From: Methanothrix sp.
Lineage (GTDB): Archaea; Halobacteriota; Methanosarcinia; Methanotrichales; Methanotrichaceae
DNA: 64,000 nucleotides
NCBI GenBank assembly: GCA_040770465.1
Contig: JAXGJB010000005.1
Location: forward strand, 1 to 64,000
Direction of reading: 5' to 3'
Under the pieces are notes generated by a model. It was not told where the DNA came from. It ran no database searches and worked only from the letters and a program-made list of their open reading frames with translations. The stretch's first letter is position 1. Each line of letters starts with the position of its first letter. This document shows, one piece after another, positions 19,956 through 29,151 of the stretch. The translations under genes were made by a program, and so were the position numbers.

Positions 19956-20495
19956 ATGGGAGTCAGTTTCGATCCGGAGACGAGGCTCGACAACATGGCG
20001 GGCTACCTGAGAACGTTTAGCATGAACCTCACCTTCGAGGAGGGGAGGATCCAGCTCCTTCGGCTCCGGCTCACAGGATACAAGCTGGCGGCCGAGATCG
20101 GCGACGGCGATGCGAAGAGGAGGGTCGACGAGATGATCAAAAAGGGGTACGAAAGGCTGGGCGAGCGCTGGGAACGCGAGGCGGTCGACCCTTACGACGA
20201 CCCCTGCAAGTCTCAGTACGACCTTCTGGCGGAGCTGAGATCCTACGTCTATCGGGACTTATCCGAGCCGTTCATGGCCTTCATCCGGGCCGAGTTCAAG
20301 AAGATCTTCGTTCCCACCTTGCGCCTCCTGACGGAGCTTTGCAGGTCTCCGAACAAGTACACCTGGGACCAGGTGAAAGTCCAGCTCCAGGAGATCATGG
20401 CGGAGATCGAGGTCGACGTCGAGTGGGAGGTCTGCGACGCCTACATGGAGCGGTACCTCGCGAAGGTCTCAGGAGTCCTGGAGATCGGGGTCTGA
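19956..20495 (+). CDS. Hypothetical protein
   Basis: Host-like codon usage, ATG after GGTGATG; no recognised motif. Confidence 0.7.
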   Translation: MGVSFDPETRLDNMAGYLRTFSMNLTFEEGRIQLLRLRLTGYKLAAEIGDGDAKRRVDEMIKKGYERLGERWEREAVDPYDDPCKSQYDLLAELRSYVYRDLSEPFMAFIRAEFKKIFVPTLRLLTELCRSPNKYTWDQVKVQLQEIMAEIEVDVEWEVCDAYMERYLAKVSGVLEIGV

Positions 20496-20598
20496 GGCGG
20501 GGTAGTTCTGAACGCCGGGTTCCGGCGGAAAGAGACCCGGCCGGGACGAGAGGTCAGCCCTCCGACCTCCATGGTGCTAGCCAACTCTCATCTCAGGA

Positions 20599-21711
20599 TC
20601 AGTTTAGAGCCCTCTCGACCAGAAGTTCGAGCCTCTCGGACCCGGCCGCCGGATCAGAGTTCTGGAGAGAGACCCACTCGCCGAGCTTCTCGATCGCCTT
20701 GCCGGACCGGATGATCTCTCTTGATGCCGAAAACCCCTCCGAGAGGTTCCTGGCCCTCCCGGCGATGTAGAGGATGGGAGCGGAGTTGATGCAGACCGCC
20801 GTCTCCCTTGGCCCCCTCTCCTCGCCGGAGAGGACCCGAAGAAGCTCGGTCGCCTCCTCGATCCGATCTTCTCTCGGGAGAATATATCTCTCGTCGATCG
20901 GCTCGGCCCCGAAGTCCTCAGGCCGAAGGTCGAAGGTCTCTATCCGGCCGTCTTCCCGAAGCTCGGCGACGAAGGTCTTTCCCGAGGGAGAGACCTCGTC
21001 CATCCCCCGCTCGCCATCGGCGGTGAGGCCGAAGACCACCATCGCCCTTCTGTAGCCTATCATTCTCATCGCCTCGGCGAGTGGTAACACCATCTCTTTT
21101 GAGTAGACGCCTCTCACCCCCCTCCTCGGCATCGCGGGGTTTGCGAGAGATCCGGCCACGTTCAAAATGGTCCCGAACCTGATCTTCGAGAGGATCCGGC
21201 CCAGGCCCAAAGGGTGGACTTTTGGGCTCATGCCGTTGAAGATCCCTATCCCCGCCCCCTCGATGCTCCTCGTGACGACCGAGGGATCGGCCTCCACGTC
21301 CACCCCCAAAACCTCCAGGATGTCGACGGTCCCGCACCGCGAGGTTATCGCCCTCGCCCCGTGCTTTGCCATGGTCACCCCTGCGGCGGCAGCGACGATG
21401 GAGGCCGCCGTGCTGATGTTGAAGGTATCGACGGCGTCCATCCCCGTCCCGCAGTTCTCGAAGAGGTCGCCTGTGACCCGGGGAGATACCTTGAATGTGT
21501 CAAGCTCGATTATCGCCTCCCACCCCCCAGCGATCTCCTCGGGGGTCGGACCCTTGGCGGTGATCGCCGCAAGAAACGCCCCCTGATGGGCGTCCGGCTG
21601 CTCGTCGTTCAGCACCGCAGAGAACATATCCCTCGCCTCCTCCCTGGTGAGGCTCTTGCCTTCTATCAGCCGGTTCAGCTTCGATCCAAATGCACCAACA
21701 GCGTCGTCCAA
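20599..21711 (-). CDS. trpD: Anthranilate phosphoribosyltransferase paralog
   Basis: NCGTGMD..TFNIST, KHG, GMDEVS; not in a trp operon. Confidence 0.8.
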   Translation of the reverse strand: MDDAVGAFGSKLNRLIEGKSLTREEARDMFSAVLNDEQPDAHQGAFLAAITAKGPTPEEIAGGWEAIIELDTFKVSPRVTGDLFENCGTGMDAVDTFNISTAASIVAAAAGVTMAKHGARAITSRCGTVDILEVLGVDVEADPSVVTRSIEGAGIGIFNGMSPKVHPLGLGRILSKIRFGTILNVAGSLANPAMPRRGVRGVYSKEMVLPLAEAMRMIGYRRAMVVFGLTADGERGMDEVSPSGKTFVAELREDGRIETFDLRPEDFGAEPIDERYILPREDRIEEATELLRVLSGEERGPRETAVCINSAPILYIAGRARNLSEGFSASREIIRSGKAIEKLGEWVSLQNSDPAAGSERLELLVERALN

Positions 21712-21717
21712 CGAATA

Positions 21718-22758
21718 TCACCTGCCAAAATCCGTCACCACAGCCTTCAGCCCCTGTCGCATCTCGGCGTGCTCGATTCCCCTCGATATCTCGCCGAGGG
21801 AGACCCTCTCGGTGATCAGCCGGCCGACCTCAACGCCCCCCGACGAGATCAGCTCCAGAGCCTCCCGGTTCTGGGAGGAGGTGCAGCCGTAGGAGCCCGC
21901 GAGGAACAGCTCCCTGTAATGGAGAAGGTTCAGGTCCAGCCTCGGTGCGGCCAAGTCCGGAGGAAGCCCCGAGAATAGGGAGATCCGACCTCGAGGGGCG
22001 AGAAGGGAGAAGAGGTCAGCGTCGACGGCGGCATCCCGGCTGGCCAGGATTATGACGTCAAAGCCTCTACCGTCGGTCGAATCGATCGCATGATCCCGAA
22101 ATTCCGCCCCCGTGGAGCTGAAGACATGATCCGCCCCCGCGGCTTCTGCGAGGTCCGCCCGGCTCTTGAGAGGTTCTGCCATAGCGACCGACAAGGCGCC
22201 CCTCTCGCGGGCGAGGAGGGCGTGGAGGACGCCCGCGGGCCCAGCGCCGTAGATAAGGATCGAATCGCCCTCTCCGACCCCGACCCGCTCCTGGGCGTTG
22301 ATAGAGCAGGCCAGAGGCTCTGCAAGAGCCGCCTCCTCAAAGCCGACCCCGTCGGGGATGAGATTGACGCCTCCGTTTCTCACTGAGCCCTTCGGCACCA
22401 GGAGAAGTTCCGCAAACCCGCCGTCCAGGCTGAAGCCGAAGATCCTGATATCCTGGCAATGGTTCTCGGCTCCTCGCCTGCATGAGGGGCAGATCCCGCA
22501 AGATACTCCCGGAGAGATCTGGACCCTCTCGCCGACCTCGGGTCCGATGCCATCTCTCTCAGAGATCACCCCCGAGATCTCATGGCCCAGGATCCGGGGG
22601 CAGACCAGATCCCTCTGACCCCACCTCAGCATCTTGACGTCGGTGCTGCATATCGAGCAGGCCTCGACCTTCAATATCAGTCCCCCTTTGGGGCAGACCG
22701 GGTCCTCCACCTCCCGGAGGGTCATCTTTCCGGGAGCCTCCAGCACGGCAGCCATCAT
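21718..22758 (-). CDS. Zn-dependent MDR-family dehydrogenase (sorbitol/threonine DH-like)
   Basis: CSICSTD, LGHE, CGICPSCRRGAENHC, LAEPLAC, GAGPAG. Confidence 0.9.
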   Translation of the reverse strand: MMAAVLEAPGKMTLREVEDPVCPKGGLILKVEACSICSTDVKMLRWGQRDLVCPRILGHEISGVISERDGIGPEVGERVQISPGVSCGICPSCRRGAENHCQDIRIFGFSLDGGFAELLLVPKGSVRNGGVNLIPDGVGFEEAALAEPLACSINAQERVGVGEGDSILIYGAGPAGVLHALLARERGALSVAMAEPLKSRADLAEAAGADHVFSSTGAEFRDHAIDSTDGRGFDVIILASRDAAVDADLFSLLAPRGRISLFSGLPPDLAAPRLDLNLLHYRELFLAGSYGCTSSQNREALELISSGGVEVGRLITERVSLGEISRGIEHAEMRQGLKAVVTDFGR

Positions 22759-23026
22759 AAACAATTTTCCTCCACAGTTCTCGTGCAGCCTTTGAACATA
22801 GATCCCGCCTATAAGACGACAAGCCATGGTTCAGACGCAATCAAGAGATATTCGGGTATATAACATTTTCTTATTATTAGAAAAGATTGATCAGGAATCA
22901 AGCATACTTTAGTTGCTTCAAACCAGCCTTAGATTTGTGAGATAATGAAAAGGGGATCATCTCGAGAAGATCCGCCATTGAGGGTTCCTTCAGATGCGAA
23001 ATCGGTGGTAGCTCATGGGAAATTAT

Positions 23027-23075
23027 TTTAAAATGAATTCCCCGCTGCTTGCAGCGGTGTGCGATGTTTGACTAT
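23027..23075 (+). mobile_element. Minimal IS200-type single-hairpin element (fused left/right end, PATE-like)
   Basis: TTTAAAATGAAT (matches 26877) + CCGCTGC-TT-GCAGCGG hairpin + TGTGCGATGTTTGACTAT (near-match to 27104-27122). Confidence 0.7.
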
Positions 23076-23270
23076 TTCATGGATCCCTTCATGGCCCGAC
23101 CCTTCTCCAGCGTTCCAAAATTCGACAAACTTCTTCTTTCCCCGAAAGGTTCCCTTGAAGGGATGTATAAAGATGGCCTCCGGGTCGAAATACTTATCGA
23201 AAAAGGCGGATTTATCCTTGGAGTTGCTGAAAAGCGTCTCGTACTCGTTATATTTTTCAACCGTCATCAT
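23075..23270 (-). pseudogene. 3'-truncated SnoaL/NTF2-like gene
   Basis: FFDKYFDPEAIFIHPFKGTFRGKKKFVEFW...GIHEI, then reads into the mini element. Confidence 0.6.
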
Positions 23271-23664
23271 AATAGAGCATCCCTACTAGCTGGCTTATTA
23301 TACTATTCAGGCGGTCAGAGCAGCGCCTAATCGCTGTTGACACCGCCCGGAATCCCAAACGCTTGACGAATCTGCAGTCGTCATAGATAAAAACTGTTGC
23401 ACCGAAGATGCCTTCTGGTATAATGTCCAATCCTGAAGGCATTGACAGTCAGACCATTCCAGAAGCCACCGTCATCTGTGATGGTTTTCCGGCATCAACG
23501 TTAAATGCATAGCGATTTATAGAAGATCCATGATGCCCAAAACTACACATCACTGATAATTCTGCTCTAGAAATTTATCTTACCCATAGAAAATAGCATG
23601 ATCCAAAAGTTTATATCCAAATCCAAACAAACAAAGTAGCATTAAGAGGAGAAAGTTATCAAAA

Positions 23665-24369
23665 ATGAAATTAGTTCTCATCGCTTTGCTTTGTATGCGA
23701 GTATTTGGGCAGTGGAATCGGTCAAAGAATCACTTCCACTTAGACGCTTCAAAAGCCTGCTTGGTGATCATCGATATGCAGAATTTCTCCTGTGCTCCTG
23801 TGGAGGGAGAAGCCCTGCCTCACCTTGGCGAGGTCATCACTAAGATCAACAGGCTCGCTGATTTCTCCCGGAAAATAAAAGTCCCTGTCATCTGGGTGCG
23901 GCATAGCATCAACGTTACAGCGGATCAAGCCAGCACAGATGCAGGTTTATATCCGATCTTTCATAGTATAAACCAGTTAAGAAACGTGAGGAATCGGAGC
24001 AGTGGAACAGAGATATTCCCATCAATGAATTTTGATCGTGCCGTAGATCATGTGGTATTCAAGAACCGTTACAGTGCGTTTCTGTCAAATCCACCAGAGC
24101 TTCAGCAGAAGCTCGAATCGCTTAAGAAGACCCAGCTAATTATCGCCGGAATTGTCGCGAACGTCTGCGTAGAGTCTACGGTGAGGGATGCCATGCAGCT
24201 GGACTATGAGGTGGTACTGGTCTCAGACTGCGTCACCACCACTAACGAAACTCTGCTGGAGAGCACTATAAATAACACAATACTCTTTTTCGGAGACGTT
24301 CTGACAGCGGAAGAAGTCATGGAGGGTTTAAAAGAAAATGCGCCCAGAGTTGTTGCCCAACCACGATAA
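23665..24369 (+). CDS. Cysteine hydrolase (isochorismatase/RutB-like amidohydrolase)
   Basis: Catalytic triad motifs IIDMQN, FKNRYSAF, ANVCVEST. Confidence 0.9.
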   Translation: MKLVLIALLCMRVFGQWNRSKNHFHLDASKACLVIIDMQNFSCAPVEGEALPHLGEVITKINRLADFSRKIKVPVIWVRHSINVTADQASTDAGLYPIFHSINQLRNVRNRSSGTEIFPSMNFDRAVDHVVFKNRYSAFLSNPPELQQKLESLKKTQLIIAGIVANVCVESTVRDAMQLDYEVVLVSDCVTTTNETLLESTINNTILFFGDVLTAEEVMEGLKENAPRVVAQPR

Positions 24370-25375
24370 GCCTGATGCTTTGACCATCATGGCTTGGCCA
24401 TTAAGCACTCTGTGGGGTCAGGCATTGAAAGAATGTGTTTCAGATCCTTTTACAGCTGCCACTGGAATCCCCGTAAAGCATGTCGAATTCACAGGCGTGG
24501 ACGTTCCAATTGAACTGCTCAAGGCATGTCAGAAGGGTCAACGTCCTCCATGCGATGTCCTATACTGCAATACTATCCCTGCTATTCATATGGCTCAGTC
24601 CGGGTTCACCGATGAACTCAGCATTGATGAGTTTCCGATCCTTGGAAAGCTTAACTCTCGTGCTCAACCCGTTGCCAGAGGACTTTCAGGCTGGCCGTTT
24701 GTGATCGCATACGACGTCCGGTATGTGATGATGTACCGTGAAGCGGCCTTTCCTTGTGGTCCGCCGGATAGTTGGGAAGTGATGCTCGATCCCTCTTTGA
24801 AGGGACGAGTTTCGCTCTATCCCGGTGGAAAGGGCTTTTTCCCCATCGCCCAGATTCTAGGGGGCGGTACCCTTGACGACATCCCTTATAACATGAATCC
24901 CTGCTGGAAATTTCTGCGCTTGCTCCGCCCACAAATACGGATACTCGAGTTCAACAAGAAGATGACGGAACACATCCGTAAGGGAGAGATTGATGTTCAC
25001 TTCACAGTGCTTACAAATGTCATGCAATGGAAGGATCAGGGGTACGGAGTTTCCTGGCATGTACCTCAGGAAGGCACTTCTGTCGGTGACGATGCATTTG
25101 TTGTTCCTTCAGGTCTGCCCGAGTCTGTATGCCACACGGCAAAGCGCTACTTAGCTTTCGCTATGGGACGCAAAATCCAGCAGTCTTGGTGTGCCCGGCT
25201 TGGCCTCTGTCCTATGCATCGAGAAATCGAACGACCTGAACGATTTATCGGCGATTCAGCCTACCCTGACGCACCTGACGATTACTCAAACGCCCAATTT
25301 TTGCCAAACAGCATTGTTGAGAGATATGAACATGGAGTGTGGCGGGAACGATTTAACAAAATTTTTGATATGTAG
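24338..25375 (+). CDS. PotD-like ABC substrate-binding protein without an obvious signal peptide
   Basis: DPFTAATGIPV, PPDSWEVMLDPSLKGRV, VPQEGT. Confidence 0.75.
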   Translation: MRPELLPNHDKPDALTIMAWPLSTLWGQALKECVSDPFTAATGIPVKHVEFTGVDVPIELLKACQKGQRPPCDVLYCNTIPAIHMAQSGFTDELSIDEFPILGKLNSRAQPVARGLSGWPFVIAYDVRYVMMYREAAFPCGPPDSWEVMLDPSLKGRVSLYPGGKGFFPIAQILGGGTLDDIPYNMNPCWKFLRLLRPQIRILEFNKKMTEHIRKGEIDVHFTVLTNVMQWKDQGYGVSWHVPQEGTSVGDDAFVVPSGLPESVCHTAKRYLAFAMGRKIQQSWCARLGLCPMHREIERPERFIGDSAYPDAPDDYSNAQFLPNSIVERYEHGVWRERFNKIFDM

Positions 25376-25384
25376 GGGATTAAC

Positions 25385-26617
25385 ATGTTTCCACTTGAGA
25401 ACAAGAGAATACTCTCCTTTGAGACCTGGGGATCAGGAGCGTTCCATGCCGAACTGCTGGCCCTTATGGGCGCTGAAGTTATCAACATCGAAGATCCGCA
25501 GCAGCGAGGAAACCCCCTCCGCCGGATGGGGTCTCTTTACCTTGACGAGGAAAAGCAGGATAACGAGGGGAACGAATTCTGTCTTCACAACAAGAAAAGC
25601 CTGGCATTGGACATACGTACAGAAGAAGGTCAAGACGTCTTGCATAAGCTTCTTCCCGTATCGGATGCGGTGATCAATAATTTTCGTGGCTCACTTCCTG
25701 AGAAGCTTGGTATCACTTACAGACATCTTGCGCCTTATAACAAAGAGATCGTCTGCACGCATCTTTCCGGGTACGGGCGGGATAACGAACGAGCGAGCTG
25801 GCCGGGATACGATTTCCTGATGCAGGCGGAGACTGGATGGATGTCAATCACCGGGGAGCCGGATGCTATTCCAACCAAGGTGGGGGTCTCTGTTGTGGAC
25901 ATTCTCGGAAGCGTATATGCTGCCCTTTGCACTGTGGCAGCCTTATATCACGCTGAAATGACCGGAAAAGGCGGCGACGCTGATACTAACCTATTTGATA
26001 TAGCTCTGAACTGTATAAGCTATCAAGGAATGTGGTTTTTGAATGATGGATTCGTTGCCGGCAAACAGCCTCGCTCGGCCCACACGACTCAGGCCCCATC
26101 TCAACTTTATAGGACCGCAGATGGCTGGATTTACATCGCATGTCTCTCCCAGAAGTTCTGGGAATTGCTTTGTGAAAAAATCAATCGTCCCGAGCTGATA
26201 GAGGACAAACGGTTCCGCACTAACGAGAGCAGGTTGGAGCATCGCCAGGTAATAACAGATTTGTTTGACGAAATTTTATCGAGAAAATCCACGAAACAGT
26301 GGCTGGAGCTTTTATCGGGAACGATTCCTTGCGCCCCGGTTGATGATATAGCTCAAACCATGGAGAATCCTTTCGTTCTAAACACCGGAAAGATCATTAC
26401 CGTACCTTATGATAGAAGTTCGGAGCGAACTAGCGTGAAGTTCTTAGCTTCTCCATTCAGCTTCGACGGAGAGGCGTTCACCAGCTTCAAGATCGGTCCC
26501 AGACTCGGCGAAAACACTGCCGAGATCTTGGAATTTATTGGTTACGCAGAGGACGAAATCCAGAGAATGGATGAAAAGCAGATCATTATTCTCCCTAAAA
26601 ACCAAAATTTCAAGTGA
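25385..26617 (+). CDS. Family III (CaiB/BaiF) CoA-transferase
   Basis: LMGAEVINIE, NKKSLALD, NFR, GYDFLMQA, active-site SVVDILG, PRLGENT. Confidence 0.92.
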   Translation: MFPLENKRILSFETWGSGAFHAELLALMGAEVINIEDPQQRGNPLRRMGSLYLDEEKQDNEGNEFCLHNKKSLALDIRTEEGQDVLHKLLPVSDAVINNFRGSLPEKLGITYRHLAPYNKEIVCTHLSGYGRDNERASWPGYDFLMQAETGWMSITGEPDAIPTKVGVSVVDILGSVYAALCTVAALYHAEMTGKGGDADTNLFDIALNCISYQGMWFLNDGFVAGKQPRSAHTTQAPSQLYRTADGWIYIACLSQKFWELLCEKINRPELIEDKRFRTNESRLEHRQVITDLFDEILSRKSTKQWLELLSGTIPCAPVDDIAQTMENPFVLNTGKIITVPYDRSSERTSVKFLASPFSFDGEAFTSFKIGPRLGENTAEILEFIGYAEDEIQRMDEKQIIILPKNQNFK

Positions 26618-26876
26618 TCGGCGTTGACACAATCCAAAGGTCGTTTAGGAGGTTCGGAATGTGCATCTCGGGGCTGTGGGAATATGAACGAAGAGACCGC
26701 CTTACAGAAGTCCAGGAAGCTGGCGCAATATTGTCATCCAAAAATTCGGGTAAGTATACCTTGAGATCACCTATTTCGACCAACAATGAGCCGCCTTCAG
26801 ATTTTATGTTATTTAGCTCCCCAAAGGCCTTTTCGAAAGGCCGCAAGTATATTAAGCGACCCCCGCACGTGTTTAC

Positions 26877-27122
26877 TTTAAAATGAATACCTCGCAGCTT
26901 GCTGCGGTTGGGATGGTCACAAAACCGTCTTAAGGATTGTTGCAGCCACGTGAATAGTCGAGCCGAGAAAGATGATGTCATACATAATCAGCAATTATGT
27001 TGAGACACAAGGAACCCAGAAGAAGGATGGCTACGAACAGATGAATTTGTTAGATTTCGAAAAGCTGATGATCGGGCGCGAACATGCCCCGCTGCTTGCA
27101 GCGGGGTGCGCTGTTTGACTAT
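26877..27122 (+). mobile_element. Internally deleted IS200-family element (~245 bp)
   Basis: Left hairpin CGCAGC-TT-GCTGCG (26893-26906), right hairpin CCCCGCTGC-TT-GCAGCGGGG (27087-27106); ORF 26972-27118 MMSYIISNYVETQGTQKKDGYEQMNLLDF... resembles a TnpA C-terminus with the YxxxQ motif. Confidence 0.78.
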
Positions 27123-27161
27123 CATGGGGTGGCGCTAAACAAATCATCTGGAGGTGAGAGG

Positions 27162-28295
27162 ATGAGAGACCTTTTCGATTTTGCAGACGAGCTGGGACCG
27201 ACGAAGATAATCCACGTCTACGAGCCGTCGGCGGGGCTCAGGGGCGTTCTGGTGGTGGACAACGTGTCCCGGGGACCCTCCATAGGCGGCCTGCGGATGG
27301 CGCCGGACGTGACATGCGAGGAGTGCATAAGGCTTGCCCGGGCGATGACCCTCAAGAACGCGGCCGCGGACCTTCCCCACGGCGGCGGCAAGTCCGTAAT
27401 CCGGGGCGACCCCAAAATGCCCAAAAAAGAGAAGGAGGCCAAGATCCGGGCCATGGCCTCTGCCCTGAGGAACGTCGAGGAGTACATCTTCGGACCGGAC
27501 ATGGGGACCGACGAGGAGTGCATGGCCTGGGTCAGAGACGAGATCGGGAGGGCGGTGGGGCTCCCCCGGGAGGTGGGGGGGATCCCCCTGGACGAGATCG
27601 GGGCTACTGGGTGGGGGGTCCGCCATTCGACGGAGGTGGCCCTCGAATATCTGGACCTCGACCTTGAAGGGGCGAGGGTGGCGGTCCAGGGGTTTGGAGC
27701 CGTCGGGAGGCACGCTGCCCGATTCCTCTCGGAGAGGGGCGCCGTCATGGTGGGGGCGGCCGACTCCTGCGGGACCGTCTCCGATCCCCAGGGGCTGGAC
27801 GTCGCAGCCCTGATCGATCTGAAGGGGGCGGGCAAAAGCGTGGTGGATTATCCGGGAGGAACGAAGCTCGATCGGGACGCGATCATCGACCTCGAGTGCG
27901 ACATCTGGATCCCGGCGGCGAGGCCCGACGTGATAAATGAAGAGAACGTGAACAGGCTCAAAACGAAGCTGGTGGTCCAGGGCGCCAACATCCCCATAAC
28001 CGAAGGGGCCGAGAAGATCCTCAACGACCGGGGCGTTTTATCGGTTCCCGACTTCATAGCCAACGCCGGCGGGGTGATATGTGCAGCCATGGAGTATCGG
28101 GGCTCATCCCGCTCCGAGACCTTCGCCGCCATCGAGGAGAAGATCCGCCGGAACACGGGAGCTGTCCTGGAGGCGGCCCGAGAAGAGGAGAAGCTTCCTC
28201 GGGAGGCGGCCTTCGACCTTGCGGTCTCAAGGCTCAAAAGGTGCATGGGGTACCGCAGGTGGTCGCTCTTCTCCTCTGCGCCCGGATATCTGTGA
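27162..28295 (+). CDS. Glu/Leu/Phe/Val dehydrogenase family protein
   Basis: MTLKN, GGGKS, GPDMGT, QGFGAVG, PDFIANAGGV; ATG after GGAGGTGA. Confidence 0.92.
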   Translation: MRDLFDFADELGPTKIIHVYEPSAGLRGVLVVDNVSRGPSIGGLRMAPDVTCEECIRLARAMTLKNAAADLPHGGGKSVIRGDPKMPKKEKEAKIRAMASALRNVEEYIFGPDMGTDEECMAWVRDEIGRAVGLPREVGGIPLDEIGATGWGVRHSTEVALEYLDLDLEGARVAVQGFGAVGRHAARFLSERGAVMVGAADSCGTVSDPQGLDVAALIDLKGAGKSVVDYPGGTKLDRDAIIDLECDIWIPAARPDVINEENVNRLKTKLVVQGANIPITEGAEKILNDRGVLSVPDFIANAGGVICAAMEYRGSSRSETFAAIEEKIRRNTGAVLEAAREEEKLPREAAFDLAVSRLKRCMGYRRWSLFSSAPGYL

Positions 28296-28326
28296 TGCCT
28301 GCCTTTCCGGCCGGAGGTTTCGGGGA

Positions 28327-29151
28327 TCAAGGATCGAGAGGGTAGCGCTCCCTGATCTCCCTCTCGTTTGAGATCTCCAGGCCGATCTCGTCTAGGGCGC
28401 CGGCGATCTTTCTCTTGTCCGCCGACCGGAGGGACTTTCGGTCGAGGTAAGCTCCTCCGGCACCGGACTTCGTCTTCGCCTCTTCGATAATCTCAAGGTC
28501 GAGGTCAGCGGCCTGATAGTTGGAGAATAGGTGGCCGAAGGCGATCTTCGTCTCAAAAAGGAGCTGGTTCTGACGATTAACGTAATGGCCGCCGCCGAAG
28601 CCGAGGAAGGCTGGAGGGCTCGTGTCCGCGAGGTTCAAGATCGACCTCGCCACCGCGTTTCCTGCTTCGGGATTCGACCACTCCAACTCGGTGCTTCCGA
28701 TCTCTGCGAAGAATGACGGAACCATCAGGTCGGTGGGTCCGTGATGGGTAGCCTCGACTGTGACCTCAAAGCCCTCGACTGGGGAGTCGGCGAGGTTGGA
28801 TATGAAGGACTTGAGGGCGCCGGGTGCGGCGACCGTCAGCTCTCGGGATCTGCCGCCCAGGACCGCCTCGCCGGGGTTTCCCGAGAAGTGGCCGCATAGC
28901 CGAGGGCGAGCATCTTTCGCCTGGTGCCGCGAGGCGAAGATGATAAGGCCTGGGGATAGGCCCATCCCAAAGAGCCTCTCCTCCAGGTTCATGAGGGTTA
29001 TCAGTTTCTCATCGAGGACGACGAGCCTGTAGTTTCGAGCCTTGTGAAAAGGACCCTCATCCTCCCAGGGCTCAAGCTCCATCAGCCTCTCGGCGATGTT
29101 GATGCTTGCAGGATCGGTCGACGTGGCAATGATGGCGATCTCGCCGATCAT
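28327..29151 (-). CDS. dtdA: D-aminoacyl-tRNA deacylase (archaeal DTD2)
   Basis: DPASINI, FASRH, EATHHGPT, EIGS, GFGGGHY. Confidence 0.92.
   Translation of the reverse strand: MIGEIAIIATSTDPASINIAERLMELEPWEDEGPFHKARNYRLVVLDEKLITLMNLEERLFGMGLSPGLIIFASRHQAKDARPRLCGHFSGNPGEAVLGGRSRELTVAAPGALKSFISNLADSPVEGFEVTVEATHHGPTDLMVPSFFAEIGSTELEWSNPEAGNAVARSILNLADTSPPAFLGFGGGHYVNRQNQLLFETKIAFGHLFSNYQAADLDLEIIEEAKTKSGAGGAYLDRKSLRSADKRKIAGALDEIGLEISNEREIRERYPLDP

Noticed and set aside
25373-25387. In-frame TAG between the SBP and CoA-transferase genes (pyrrolysine readthrough)
   Set aside because: One-in-three chance of being in frame; the second gene has its own ATG and purine-rich leader; no pyl genes seen.
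26640-26860. Minus-strand coding-like remnant (LIYLRPFEKAFGEL...EIGDLKVYLP)
   Set aside because: Possibly a decayed small gene, but I cannot assign a family or boundaries.
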